A stretch of 64,000 bases of DNA from Orbicella franksi (lineage: Eukaryota): the NCBI GenBank assembly GCA_964199315.1, contig OZ116711.1:21886001-21950000 (forward strand), given 5' to 3'. The position numbers and the translations under genes were made by a program. Below, piece after piece: positions 12,826 to 26,460 of this stretch. Numbering within the stretch: the first letter of the stretch is position 1; each line of letters starts with the position of its first letter. The notes under the pieces are model-generated. The model had not been told where the DNA came from, searched no databases, and worked only from the letters and a program-made list of their open reading frames with translations.

Positions 12826-15800
12826 GGAGCGGATATCTCAGCTGTGCACGGCCATTTTCTCAATTAAAAAAATCACTTGAAATGAAAGTGCCGCTCGGCT
12901 CAACTCACAACGCATAGGTTACATTCATCATCACTCGCGCTGGCTGGCCACCTGTTTGGCCGAGTCTCCATGTAATTTAAACACATTTGCATTTGAAACA
13001 TAACGTGGCCGATTGCTGGCCTTTCTGCCGTTGTTATAAGAAGAGGGTTATCGCTTCCAGAGCCTGAATTATACCATCGATTAAATTACACCTTTAAATG
13101 ACATCTGAGCGTGCAGAATATATACTAGATTACGGTACAGGCTCCAGAAGTACTCTAGTTAATTTATTAAGGCCCCAAGGTTTGTTTTACATCGTAAATC
13201 AATATTTAAATACAATGGACCGCACTATTAACCAATCAAAAACCGACTTTGACCTATGGACTAAAAGCTTTCAAATCTTCATCTTTCGCATCGATTACCG
13301 GCGACTTTTCCTATCAAAACAGCAGTCTAAAGCTTAACACATCAAGATCTTGCAAGAACAAACTAGAGGAACACAATAACGCGCGGTTGAAGGAAAACCG
13401 AACAAAAGCGATTCTCCCGAATCACAGACCTGAGCTAGATTTTGCGGCAAAGACCACCAGGAGGAAATTTGTACGTCTAGCCAAAATGTCGTCTACTGAC
13501 TCAACTGCGAAAGGAATTAATATTCTTGTGTTTAAGCAGAACAGTTTAGCTGTCAACACCCTACACTAGATGAGAGTTAAATTCAAAGCTGGCAAAAATT
13601 ATAAAACTCACAACAATTGTTAATTAGTTTGTTGTTAGTGGCTTAAATTTTTTTGGAAATAGAACTGAATATCCAAATCAGGCGCTTTGTACCTAATGAT
13701 ATGAAAAAAGAATGGAGAAATTGAATTTCTACGGGAACCCCTTGCCAGTTTCTTAAAGAATTTTAATTGAAAATGAGCCCATGATGGAAATGACGGATAA
13801 AAATAATTACGCATTTCCAGAGTCATTTTATTCCTAAGATTTTTAATTTTCGTGGACCACCCGCTAACGCCAATAGTTTGATTGTACTAAAATAATCGAC
13901 TTGATATGGAGAAATCCTCTTGTTATTCGTCTCATTTAAGGTAACTTTTGAAATGCTTAAGCCATAGGGCTTTATTGCGTCAGTTGCTGAGGTATCGTTA
14001 AAAACCAGCCCGAGGAGCCGTTGTTTGTTACGATGGTGGTTTAAATTCTTTACCGAGCAGTTCGGAAACCTAGGAGAAGATTTAGCATCACTGCAATAAA
14101 CGAGGATTAAGAAACAATAAGGATTCGTACTGTCCTAGCGGAAATATCACAAATAGCATCTAATAAAGTCGATGTAAAATTCAGACTGAAATTCGAAGCT
14201 ACAAATTAATGTCCAACCATTTGTAATTATTTGTTTGGTGGGAATGTTTTGATTCAAGTAATTTAAAACAGCTCAAAGCCGACCTTAATTAATCATTCCA
14301 ATGAGCTTTATCTTTATTTTGTCAAAAGAGCTTTTGACGGGCTATTGCGTAAGACCTAATGATTCCACATTAAAATATGACTCGCTGGTTTCTACAGCGT
14401 GAAGCACTTAAACATAAAAGAGTATAGCTTTTAAAATTAATGTAAATGCATACTTGGTGATGGTTTTGAAGCCTTTTTACGCCTTTGTTTTGTCTAAAAC
14501 ATTTCTTCTTGTTAAGCAAGCAACCAAACCTAGAATAGATCTTTTAAACATGTATGAGAAAGAGGCAGTTCTACTGGAAATTAACAGAAGTAATCGAAAT
14601 ATATTTTCCACCCTTAGAAAAAAGCCCTTTTGTAAGCACTAGATCGACAACGGTCTGCGGGGGATAAATATGGCGGGTTTATTATTAATTAAGATACCTT
14701 TTCTTGTACACGAGAAGAATATCATTAAATTCCTTGCTAGAAACAGCAGTACGCCCAAGGCAAGTGCGCCGCGGTATTGGATTGCGTATTCTTGCTGAGC
14801 AGACTATCACGCACAATTAGCGCGCGCACATGAACAAAATGGTGGCTTTTTCTAAACGGCTTGGCTTGCGAGAGACAAATCATCGTTTTTCTTCTCGGAA
14901 ACGAGTACCGGGACCTAGTTATTTTTTCATTTAGTTTGAATGCAGCGATCACCTTCTTTCTACACAGTGAATATAGATCAGTTTCTATCTCAGAGTAAAA
15001 CAATATCACTGAAAATTAGAGCATAGCTAACACTCGTAAAAGATAATACATATATGTGGTCTCAAGAACACTGCGTGCTTGGAACATACTGAATCCCTGT
15101 CGACTAAATATGGACATACATCAACGTACATAACGTACATCAAATTGCTCCTTAACATTGATTCAATACATCCATTGATGTATTTCTCGCTTAACTTTCT
15201 CGCTTAACTTTCTCCCGGTCATTCTGCGCTCACAAAACGTTAAGTAAATGGTTCAAATATATACGTTCCTGAAAAGTTCTCCTGCTCCTAACACCGGAAG
15301 ACCCTCTTTTTATTTCAAAATTTAAGTTCTCTTGATATAAGCAGCCAATAGGTAAAGTTTGAAAGAAAATCTACTGTGAATTCTACTGTGAATTCTACAC
15401 ACATGCGCACTTTAGGCGCGGACACATTTGCTTTGAAAGCGACTCATTTTCATGAATTGGAACTAAGTTCCGATACTGAGTTTCAACAGATTCTCTCTTC
15501 TTTTACCTGAAAGTAGATCGCAAAATTTGCACGGACAAAGCTATTTTGTTCATATTCTGTCGTTTTCGGTCCCATCCGTTCCCACCCTTAGCTTGTTTTA
15601 CCCACTTATGACACCATTTTGCAATTTTGTTTACCTTGCGGGGAATGTCACGGAATGAAATGTAAACTCTGTGAGAATTACTCCTTTGGTCGGGAAGTTT
15701 AAATAAGCAATCTTTGAAGATTGTTTTGTTGTCATGACATCACACAAAATTCAATTATACCACACGAAATTGTTGGTACGACTTCGATAAAATTGGCTAC

Positions 15801-15939
15801 TGTATACAGTTGGGCTTTCAAACGTGCTCGGACCATGCAGGTAGAAAGGATGAGGATCATATGGGAGGAAATTGATATAAGTACCAATATATTATATTCA
15901 AGCCATGCCAAAAATCCCGTGTGATGTAAATGGTAGGTT

Positions 15940-16226
15940 AAGTCTATATACGAGCCAAGTGGCCCATCAGGCCGGAGCTTATCCCGGTTTCCGTAGCATG
16001 AAGAGACTAGGAGTATTTCTACTCCTCCCTGGATGGGACGCTGTCCATCGCAGGGTTACCTCCCAGCATTAAGTTTACAGGTACCCATTTGTACACCTGG
16101 GTGGGGGGAGGCACTGTGAGAGTAAAGCGTTTTGCCCAAGAACACAACGCAATGACCCCACCCAAGGCTCGAACGAGGACCGCTTGATCCGGAGACAAGC
16201 GCACTAACCATGAGGCCACTGCGCCT
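15940..16226 (-). mobile_element. tRNA-derived CORE(MIR)-like SINE
   Basis: On the minus strand: A box tggcctcatgg, B box ggttcga-like, then the CORE-like gtgttcttgggcaa..actttactctcacagtgcct..aaatgggtacc. Five copies in the window. Confidence 0.8.
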
Positions 16227-16783
16227 GCGATCCTCGTTCCCAGGGCCTTTTCCCTGGCTTTGTAACTAATTCCGGATTTGTTTTTGAGGATTTTAGAGGG
16301 ACCGGGTTTTCTAAGAATTCATGCTTGATGAATACACTTTGAAATGTTCTCCCGCACTTTGAATTTATTGCTTTAAAATGAGCAGAGTAGGGTTGTGTAA
16401 AAAAAAAAAACATACTCAGAGACGTTTTCTGTTTGACGGCTAACCATTAATTCAGAGATTTCAAACAGCATGGGCTTATAAAAGTGGAAATAAATTGAGA
16501 CTGATAAGGTGTGTTTTTCATTTCGCTCGTGATGATCCTTTCTACGCCTCGCCGGATAATAAAACTTTATGTTTGGTGGCGTTCTCGTTGTCGTTCCCCT
16601 TCCTGGTTTGCTTAATGTCGCTAATGTAATGTTTGTTCCAGACAGTACCCAGTCCAACCATGATTTGAGAGTACACTAGCAACTCGTACACTTAAGGACA
16701 ATTCGGGCGTTGTGCATGTAGTCGAGTATAATGCAGAGAGGGGGTGGGTTAGGGGTCGCATACCACTTGTTATAGTTCATGAA

Positions 16784-17016
16784 GGAGGCGCGATAACCTC
16801 ACGGTTAGTGCGTTCGTCTCCGGATCGAGCTGTTCGGATTAGAGCCCTGGCCGAGGATGCTGTGTTGTGTTCTTGGGCAAGACACTAACGCTGGGGGTAA
16901 CTCTCGAATGGACTGGCATCCCACCTAGGAGGAGTAGAAATAGTCCTAGACGCTTCATGCAACAGAAACCGGGAATAAACTTCGGCTGCATAGATTGTCT
17001 CCCCTGACGCAGACTA
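16784..17016 (+). mobile_element. Same SINE family, internally deleted
   Basis: ggaggcgcgataacctcacggttagtgcg...gtgttcttgggcaagacact...agtagaaatagtcctag. Confidence 0.75.
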
Positions 17017-19917
17017 TTTAGACTTTTGGCGGGAGATTTAGGTCATTCTGGGTTTGTCAGTCTTAGCGTTCGTCCATTTATATCTATTAAGCTCTTGTTA
17101 TAAAAACTTGTTTGTATAATTGTAAAATGTTCTACGTTATTAATGATTTTACACTCTTTCCTCGGGGTCTTGTGCTGCTGCTTTAGATGAAGAATACGCT
17201 TCCAAATATTTTAGGGGCCACATTTTATGGGTGGTTTTTTTAGTGGTTTTAATTTCGTATCTGGCGTAGTACAGGTTCTAATTATTAGAACCAATAGTTG
17301 TAATTTGCAAGGATACAGATTTTCTTATTAGACGGAATGTATCTGCATCAGATGCCTGACTAACGCTTCCTCAATAAACTACAGTCACACCAGAATGTCT
17401 CGTGTTAACATAGTCCGAATTGAGAGTTTTTCGTAGTCTGTGTGAAAGTAACTTATTACTAAGCCATTAGGTCAGTGAATTGTGAGGTTTCAGCACCAAC
17501 ACATACAGGCAGTGGGGCACCGGTAAAAACGCTGTTTACCAAGACCTCGCTTTGGCAACTAGAGTGCGGAAATACTGCAGCAACAATAGGCGATGTTCGT
17601 ATTCTCGGGATTTGGACTGAAACTAGCTTGTAATGGAGGCGGGCTCACGCGGTGGAATATCATTAAAAAGAGAACACAACATTTGCATTTGAAAAGACTC
17701 CCCGCATTAGCCTCAAGGTCAACCTACTTCCAGTTTAATACCGAAAATACAAAAATGGTCCATTGTCAAATCATTTTAGTTAAGAAAAATTGATTCTTCA
17801 GTTGGTAGAGGCCCTGATTTTAAATCAATTCAATCCCCATTTTTTTTTTTTTTTTTTTTGCTTTATTCTCATTGAAGGTCAACTGACTTTCAATTAATCG
17901 TTCATTTTATATCGAAAGGTACATGAATCATGACACTGGAATAATTACTACTAAATGTAGTTACTTTAAAAACTAGCACTCTATTAAATAGAAGCTCTAT
18001 AGAGCGAGACTTCAGCAGTTTTCATTAGTCAAACGCTCCAAATCTCAACGTCAAATTTAATTTCTGTTCATAAACAGAGTTAAACAATCACTATTATTTG
18101 TCATTTACATAACATTGGAATCAATTAGTGAGATTCGTGTGAAACCTTGCAGCCCTAAAGTTAAAAAGTGAAATATTGACAAGGAAATATTTCAACTCTG
18201 GAAACGAGAATTATCTCTTTTAAACTGTGCGTTTGTATCTCAGTCTTCCACAATATACTTATTTTTGTTGTAGTTAGGCGTAATGACCAGTCCACCGGGG
18301 ATGGACTCCTGTATAAAAAGGACGGGGGTGCTTGTCGGAACTGGCTGTGGAAAGAACCCTTGAGAAGTACCAAGATCCTGTTTTGTGGGCGTGGCTTGAA
18401 ATTTTTCTCCCTCAAGCCGCGTACCAATTTTAAAACAACACATTAAACAGACACTGACTTTTTTCGGCTCAATACCCTAAAAAGTACCGCGAGAGATCCC
18501 CCTGTGGACCTTTTGAGGCTGACTCCCCAAAGAGGTACTACAACCGCTTTTTTAACCCCTAAATGGTACGAAGAGCACCTCCGTCCTTTTTAAATGGGAG
18601 TCTACGCTGGGTTCCCATAGTGGAAATTTCAATGATCTCTTTTATGACTCGCGGGCGTACAAACCAACAGTATAAGCCGCTCAATTATGCTCTACTAGTA
18701 ATGTTTATGTTACAATAGGAAAATATTCTCTCAATTAATTAAGATAGACGTAGAGACCAAATTGTACAAAATTTACAAAATGTAACTTGGATGTAATTTT
18801 TTCCAAGTTGAAGTAAGTCGAAGTAACTTATTTTTTTCTCATGATGTGCAGTTTAAACGCTTTGCATGGTCTGACAAGCGAAGCACACCGCAATTTCAAA
18901 ACTACTTTTGGTTTACCTAATGAAGTTGAAAATTCTGAAACGAAATCGAGTAAATTAAATTGACCTTCGCAAGAAATGATAATCTTTCCCTTGGCTTTGC
19001 AAAAGTCTGTTGGATCTACTCTGGCCGTCGATATCCTAGTTGCGACAAGCGTGCTGTTTCTTGGCCAATCAGGTTATAGGACTAGAGTCATTTCCCGCCT
19101 TTCAATGTAAAGGACTTCGCTTTACAGGAAATTATTTGCACTAGCAAATTTATACAAGGATTAAAGATAAAATTGAAAAACTATTTTTATGGAAACCAGC
19201 TTAATTTATGCTACTGAACGTTGACATGTGGTTGATTTTGTTGTGCATTTGCAAATTCTTTTAAGACAACGAATCGAAGCTGTTTTCTCCATAGTCTTCT
19301 GGCCTTTTCTAACAATAATATACATAAAATCACTTCATTATGTTGGTCTACTGAGAAAATATTCAGTCCATATCAAAGTAATTGCCAGAAAATAGGGCAA
19401 GGATATATTTACACGATATTAATATTAACACTACTATTAATATTAATATTGAAATTCTCATGATGTAAAAAGATTTTATGGTTGACTGTTAACCTTGCTG
19501 CATGCTGTCTAGTACATTTTCCATTGTTTCCTCAAGCTGTAGGAAGAAAGGGCCTTTGAGCAATGCTGCCCCAACCCGACCCATTGCAGTGTTGTAATGG
19601 CACGGTTCAGCTTGTTTCCCACTTACCAGAAACCAGCCTCTTGCTTGTTGTAATTAGTTGCAACACAATTTCTTGTGACACTCACCAAGTCATCTCGGTT
19701 TTGTATTGTGCACCATCTCAGTTTAGATCAAACTTTAATGACTGACACCACGCGGCACGAGAGACTGGAACTCCAGCAATTTTGCCATTGACTGTATCAA
19801 GCAATGATTGAGTCGACATTTCTACAGGACTTAGCGAATCAGTGAAAACAGGCTTTCATGTCTGCGTTCGTAAGATATATCGCGCCTTTCGCCATATCGA
19901 GATCGACAATTAAGTTT

Positions 19918-20096
19918 AGGGTGCGTTCCTTTGGGATGATCTGGATCAGGATCAACGACCCAAGATCAATCGAATCATGTTTCATGAAGGGAACCGACGA
20001 ATCCGTTACCAGAGTGGATTCATCGATTCATTTGATGTACCATGATCTGAGTGATCTTGGATCACTGATCCAGATCAATCTAAAGGAACGCACCCT
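19918..20096. mobile_element. About 180-bp MITE (Harbinger-like GGG termini) just 3' of the gene C stop
   Basis: Perfect 15-bp TIR agggtgcgttccttt / aaaggaacgcaccct, with internal gatc-rich inverted motifs. Confidence 0.75.
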
Positions 20097-20283
20097 CAGT
20101 TATATAGTGTATCAAACAGACCCTCAGAAACAAAAAAAAAAGAGAACTCAACCCTTTTCAGAGTATTTAGTGCTTTCCACGACTATGCCATTTTCTATTC
20201 CTCTCTAACCGACAACTACCAGAATTATCGATTATCGACTCAGTTATACACTAATCACTGATTCACCAAATCCTGAATTTATA

Positions 20284-23200
20284 TCACGTCCGATGAGTCT
20301 GTAAGTCTGTTATTGACGAGAGGCCCGAACTCCGTGCTGTCCGACGTCTGGAGTACTTAGTTTCAACCGGTGACATTGGTTCCACGTTCTTTTTGGGCTC
20401 TTCATTCTCATTTTCATCTTCTTGTGTCTCCTCATCGAATGATTCATTTACCATTCCTCTACTATCTGTATTAAGAGTCACTGTTAATGTTGGTTTGACA
20501 AACCGGACTGCATGGTTCTTCTTTACTGGGGTCCCCGGTCTCCCAGGGGTTCCCGGTCTACAGGGAGAACCCGGCCGCGCACTGCCATTTACCAAATGTT
20601 CCTTGTTCTCTTTCTGTTTCATAGAAGCGAGCACGTTGTCGATGTCATCAATTTCGAACTCTTCACTCTCCCGGTGAACAATAGGCGGGCATTTTGGTGA
20701 TGATTGTTCAATGGGTTCATCTATAAATCCTGTGATAGCTTCCGAGAGCTCCGGTGGATCCACCGTCAAGGTATTCCCGTAGTGAGGGGGGCTTTTGGGA
20801 GGAGTGTCAATCGTAGTACTCTGAGTACTGGTGTGGCTCTTTTTTCTGTCGTCCAGAGGTGGACTGTTAACTGCAATGAATTCTTCACTGCTTCTAGAGC
20901 GAACTGGGAAAGACTGTCGATGAGCCATGCCCCCAGCGTACAAAGAGGACCGTGCTCGTCTAGCCCTAGAGAAGACGTGTAAATTATTTGTTAGTTCAGC
21001 AGGTAGCGCAGAGAACCCGGAATGATTTACTATTTGTTACACTGGATTAGAGGAGCTTATTTTGGCCACATAGAAAATCACCTTCAAATTGAAGTCATAA
21101 AGAGTCATTTAATAAGATAGAGAAGCATTATAGAGATAACAAAAAACCATAAAGTAACAAGAATGGTTAAGGATGGAGAAGATTGACACGGATTACAAAC
21201 GACGAAATTGAAAAATTTAGGCTTAACTTTTCAAGATGCACAAACCGTGACGTAGCTTCTTTAAAATATTTCAGTTACCTCCAAACGTTGATTTAGTCAC
21301 ACGGTATACGACGCGTGCGCATTTCATGTCCAATTCCAAATTATTGTCGCAATTCAAGCTTAAGGTGTCCCTGTAGTTTTACGATTGCCCGCGCGCATAG
21401 GACAAAAGCTCAAGTAATCTGCGCGCGCTCAAAGGAAAACGTAAGTGTTTTTCGATTTTTGTGACGTCAACATGAGGACAAAAAGCAAAACTGACAGTGA
21501 ATTTTCTCGGGTTTCCTTTGGTGATTTTTTTTTTAAATTTGGCTCAGTTGTAACCACATACAATTACTATAAAATACTCTACTTTTGTTAAAATCTGTCA
21601 GAGCTAATCTAATATATTTAGAAGAATGACAAATTACTGAATATTGGAAAAACCGTCTGAACAACCTTGACTTTTTAGCAATTCAAAATGTCAGGCAATA
21701 TCATTTCCATGATGTCGTAAAGTATGAAAAAATTTTACCGAAGGAAAATATAAATATTAAGGAGTTTAGGCCAAAATGAGGAATATATCTGCCTGTCATT
21801 AGATGAGATGTTGCCATGGTAACGGTCTTAATCCAAAAATTGACAACCAAAAAAATAAGCCTTATTTTAACAGTACCCATACTGGTAAATCTCGACAGGG
21901 AAAACTTTAAGAGAAATTAACTAAGTTTCCTTTTCTAACTCGCGCTCTATAGGGCGAGTGTTTGTAAATACTCTAGGAAGCCACCTTAAAGACGAAACCT
22001 TGCAAGCCGAATAAGTATATACCTGATACAGAATTTTATTATTGTTGTTCACAAGCCTGGTACCTCGTGTTTTGGCTTGCCGCTATGTTGGATAATGTTT
22101 CTTTACAAACGTCCTGTTCTTGCACTACGAAGTCTAAACGAATTCATGAAAATAAAAACTGGTAGTGGCCTGTAGCTGTCTGCGGCATTCCAGCTGGGGT
22201 TTTTGACGATAAGCCCTTTGCAGGACCTGGTCACTCCATGGTACCAAATCAGCCATGCTGGGACGCAAGTTACACAGTGAGACTTCCAAAACAGTGAAAA
22301 GTCAAGCTGGACTGGTGTGAGTTGCTTTGGTTTGAAAGTCCTACCGTGTAACATGCGTCCCGGCAGCATGGCTGATTTTGTACCATGAGATCGGATCGTG
22401 CAAAGAGTCTATCAGGGAGAATCCTTGTTTACAAAAATTGCCTCTTTAACATAAGCGATACAGTTTCTGACGGAGCTAAAGAAAGCATTAGCTCTGAATA
22501 TTGAACGGGCATAGCACGGTTAACTGTCTCAATGCAAGGAATTTGAGCCCGATGTATTGAATACTTTTTGTGCAACGCGGGTTAAAAAGCTCAAAATTTT
22601 ACAAAGAATGTATGAGCTCATTAGCGCTTTTGCCACCCATAAATTTTGCAGTTTTTGAAAGTCAATTTTTCCTCGAATTTTTACATCCAAAGAGTAAAAC
22701 ATTTTACCAATTACTAAGTTTCACAAGTTCTTTAAATGTTTGTAGTCAATTCATTTCTAACGTGATGCCTTCATTGTAAAAAGTCATATGTTAATGAGGA
22801 AAAGTACAAGCAATGACGTCATTGAATGCTGAGCTTACCTTCCCCGATATGGGTGTACTTTCGTATCTCCACCCAGAGATCCATTAACAACGGGTGACGA
22901 CTTTCTCGTTTCCAGCCTTCCCTCTGTCATATCTGTACTAGTCAGGTCCTCGCTTGGTCTTGCGGACTGCAACATCAAGGCATTTGCAGCACCAACCATG
23001 GGACGCTTTGATTTCTTAGGGAGTTTCATCTGCGCCTGTGCATGCGAGTAGTATAGTGAGAAGTTACTGCCGATGATAGAGATTGGAAGCGCAGTGATGA
23101 TGATTGACAGCGCGGCACAAAGCGCACCAAAGACTTTCCCAGTGGGTGTTATTGGAACATCATCGCCATAGCCCACCGTGGTGATAGTGATAACGGCCCA

Positions 23201-26200
23201 CCAAAACGAAGCCAAGATGGAAGAAAAGTCGTCGGGATTGGCTCTCTTCTCCGCCAGATAAGCACAGCTTGCGAATATAATAACCGGTACGATCAGAAGC
23301 AGAACCAGCAGCATCAATTCACGTGAGCTGGCGATCATTGTTTGCTTAAGAATCTGGAATCCAAGATTAACTTTAAAAAACCTGAATAGGCGGAACAACC
23401 GGCATATTGCTAGGATATCGTATTCGATACGAGGTTCCCCGTGCGGGTAATCATTTGTCGTTAAAATACGAACATAAAATGGCCAGATGGCAATAAAATC
23501 AACCCAGTTCATTATTTGCTTGACAAAGTCCTGTTTGCTTGGGCAAGTTGCTAGTCTGAGTGTGAACTCAATAGTAAACCAGATTCCGCAGACGCCTTCG
23601 ATAATTACCATGGCCAGGCGGGCTGACGTATTCCCAGATACCTGCTCAAGAGTTTGCACACAGTAAGCCAGGACAGACAGAATTATAAACATCAGTGACA
23701 CCATAAACATCATCTGTGAGCAAAGAGAGAAAATTACTAGTAAATTTTTATGATGCATAGATCTGTCTTCAACTCCATGAAAACTTACAGAGAGTTTTGT
23801 TAGGTAGAAAAGCACAACAGAGATGGTAATAATCACCCAAATTAGTACAAGAGTGCTTAAGATCGGTGGAGATCAATTGAGACGTAATATATCAAACACG
23901 AAAGACCGTGTTTAAGCACATTTCCAAATACCGAGAAAAGAGTAGAAAAAACGACATGTATTCGGAGCACTTTTGACTTCGAAGTATTTGAACATGTTGT
24001 TAGACACTGTCTTGAGTGTTTGATAAATCTTCTCAATCGAAACTAAACTAAAACAAAACACAATGCAACAAAACAAAAGGAAACAAAAACAAGATTGGAA
24101 TCTACCAAATGCGGTATCGTAGCAACCGCGCGTGTGCCCGCGTGCAAATGAAACACTGAAACACATTCATGATACATAGAAGCTCGAAGGTCCTGCTATT
24201 GTTAAAAAACTTATAGGCTCAAACAACACTCATAAGGATAAATCTGGTGTTAACTTTTAGTATCTACTTCTTCATATAGGTCCATACAGTATGCACATAG
24301 TATCCACAATTATAGTTTCACATTGCCTAATCCACCGAAACTTCTAATATATTGTCATTACTTTTTTTTTTATCTTCTACTGAGTGAAATCAAATTCTAC
24401 TCAATTGCAACAATGTAAACTACTTCAGATAAAGCTCTCTTTTGCATGTTATAGATGCAACCTTGAGAAACGTTTTGCTCAACGATTAGATTTTGATTAA
24501 GCTCTCTCGTCAACCAAATTTTTGGAGAAAAACTTTAATTTAACTGACAATCTGATGTGTCTAGTTCGCCAATATGGTGGCCATGAGATGATCTGAAACG
24601 AAAAGTTATGAACAGATTTTACCAAGAAGGTTAGTAAACGTTAGTTTTCTCCGCTTTATAATGCCGCAATAAGGTTCGACGTTTGACCCAACTGAGTTTG
24701 TCCAACTGAATTTAGATCTAAATTCGAATTAAGTTCGACGTTTGATCCAACGGTCAAGCGTTACCCGTTTGGTTCGACTCAAATTGCAATTTAGCGCGTC
24801 TCATGTGAAGTTCAACATTTGACCAGGACCTTAAGTGATACTTAAAGACAGTTATACTGTTCGAAAATTTCTCGGGCACTATGTATGTACTAACCTTACT
24901 TGTACGTACGAAAGTTGTGTAATTATTTTTTTAAAAACTTCATTTTAATTTGAAAACTATTATAACTGTTTGGGCTGGAAAACATGCTATAAATTTATAT
25001 ATTTTCTTGGTTTACTCGATCGCTTTTGGGTGATAAGTCGTTAGAATTTCAACGATGAAAACCAAGTAACGTTAGATCTCTACAAGTTGGCGAGGAAGCC
25101 TTGAACAGAAAGAACCTTGCTCAGGTAAAGAGACGAAATGGATTTGGCACTTTCGAACGTTTACTCAAGGTTTTCATGTTAGCTTGCTAGTTACGTAATC
25201 CTTCTCGTTCTTTCCATGCAACATTAATCATTCTTGGTTCTTTTTGGTTTATCATTGTCTTTCGATATTTTCAGTGGCAACTTAGGCACAATTAATAAAT
25301 AAAGAATTAGTTGCATTTGGCTGATGGAAATTACAATAACAGAGAAAATACAAATTGCAAAGAGAGAAAATAAACTAAAAATCCGGAACGACTTCAGCTA
25401 AACATCAAGAGGATCAAAGCCCAGTTTCCCTCTTTGGGTTCCCGAACAGGAATGATGAGAGCCAGTTGATTTTTGTAGTTTATATTATAATATTTGTATA
25501 ATAGTGTTTTTTTTTAGCATTTGTAACTAACGATTTTCCGTGCATAAATAAAGATAAATAAATGTTAAGTTTGGGCCAAAAATCAGTTATAAACGCACTT
25601 CACTGTCCAATGACAAAACTACCAAAAATTATCCCTTCCTCATTAAACAATAAGTCACAAACCAAACTGCTTGGTTTTCCTGTAAGGGGCACTTAACCAA
25701 ACCTAACAAGAAACTTCAAATTTTGAATTCCCTATGAGATTTTCCATATTTCAATGATAAAGTATTATTTTAAGTTTCGTTCTCGATTTGAAAGTAATTT
25801 TGATACAGTTCTTCATTTAATAGCAGAGTTAAGTAACGGTATGAAGCAAGGGCCGTGTACATCTAAAAACAGAGTAGGATTAATTTCAAATATTTTCTTT
25901 CATACGGCCATGAGGCTAAATCGCGGGGAAAACACGCTGGTATTAATCAGTAATTGAAAGCAATGTGGACACTGTGCCATGTTGGAGTTTAAAAGCTATT
26001 TTGCAATTAATTATTTATCAAGAAGTTACATGTTCAGCATAGGCGTTCGTTTAATGAAGAAAACAGATGCTCCTAGTATCAAAAATGAAAAATTATAGTT
26101 GTTCATCAGCCAGGTAATAAAAGTTTGTTCATCAAAATTATTTACGTGAACTTCAAATCAAGGTTTTATTAATTTTTTTGTAAAGGATTAGAAGCAAAAT

Positions 26201-26398
26201 CAAGTACGAACCAGACTCCTGAAGTTGAAAATTGGAGAGAAAAATAAATAGGGTAAATGTGTTTCTATCTGATGAATTGAATTGAAAACCTTTTCGCTTA
26301 AGGCACGAAACTCACTGTGAAATGACTTCTTTTGTACAAACCAATATTAGCCATAACATCTCATTGAATGTAATAGAAAAGTGTAATATATTAATATT

Positions 26399-26460
<62 letters not shown>

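Noticed and set aside
19560-19850. Extra 3' exon of gene C (minus-strand CTG|GTAAGT near 19625)
   Set aside because: It lies downstream of the in-frame stop at 20284, has stops in the frames checked, and has no clear acceptor.
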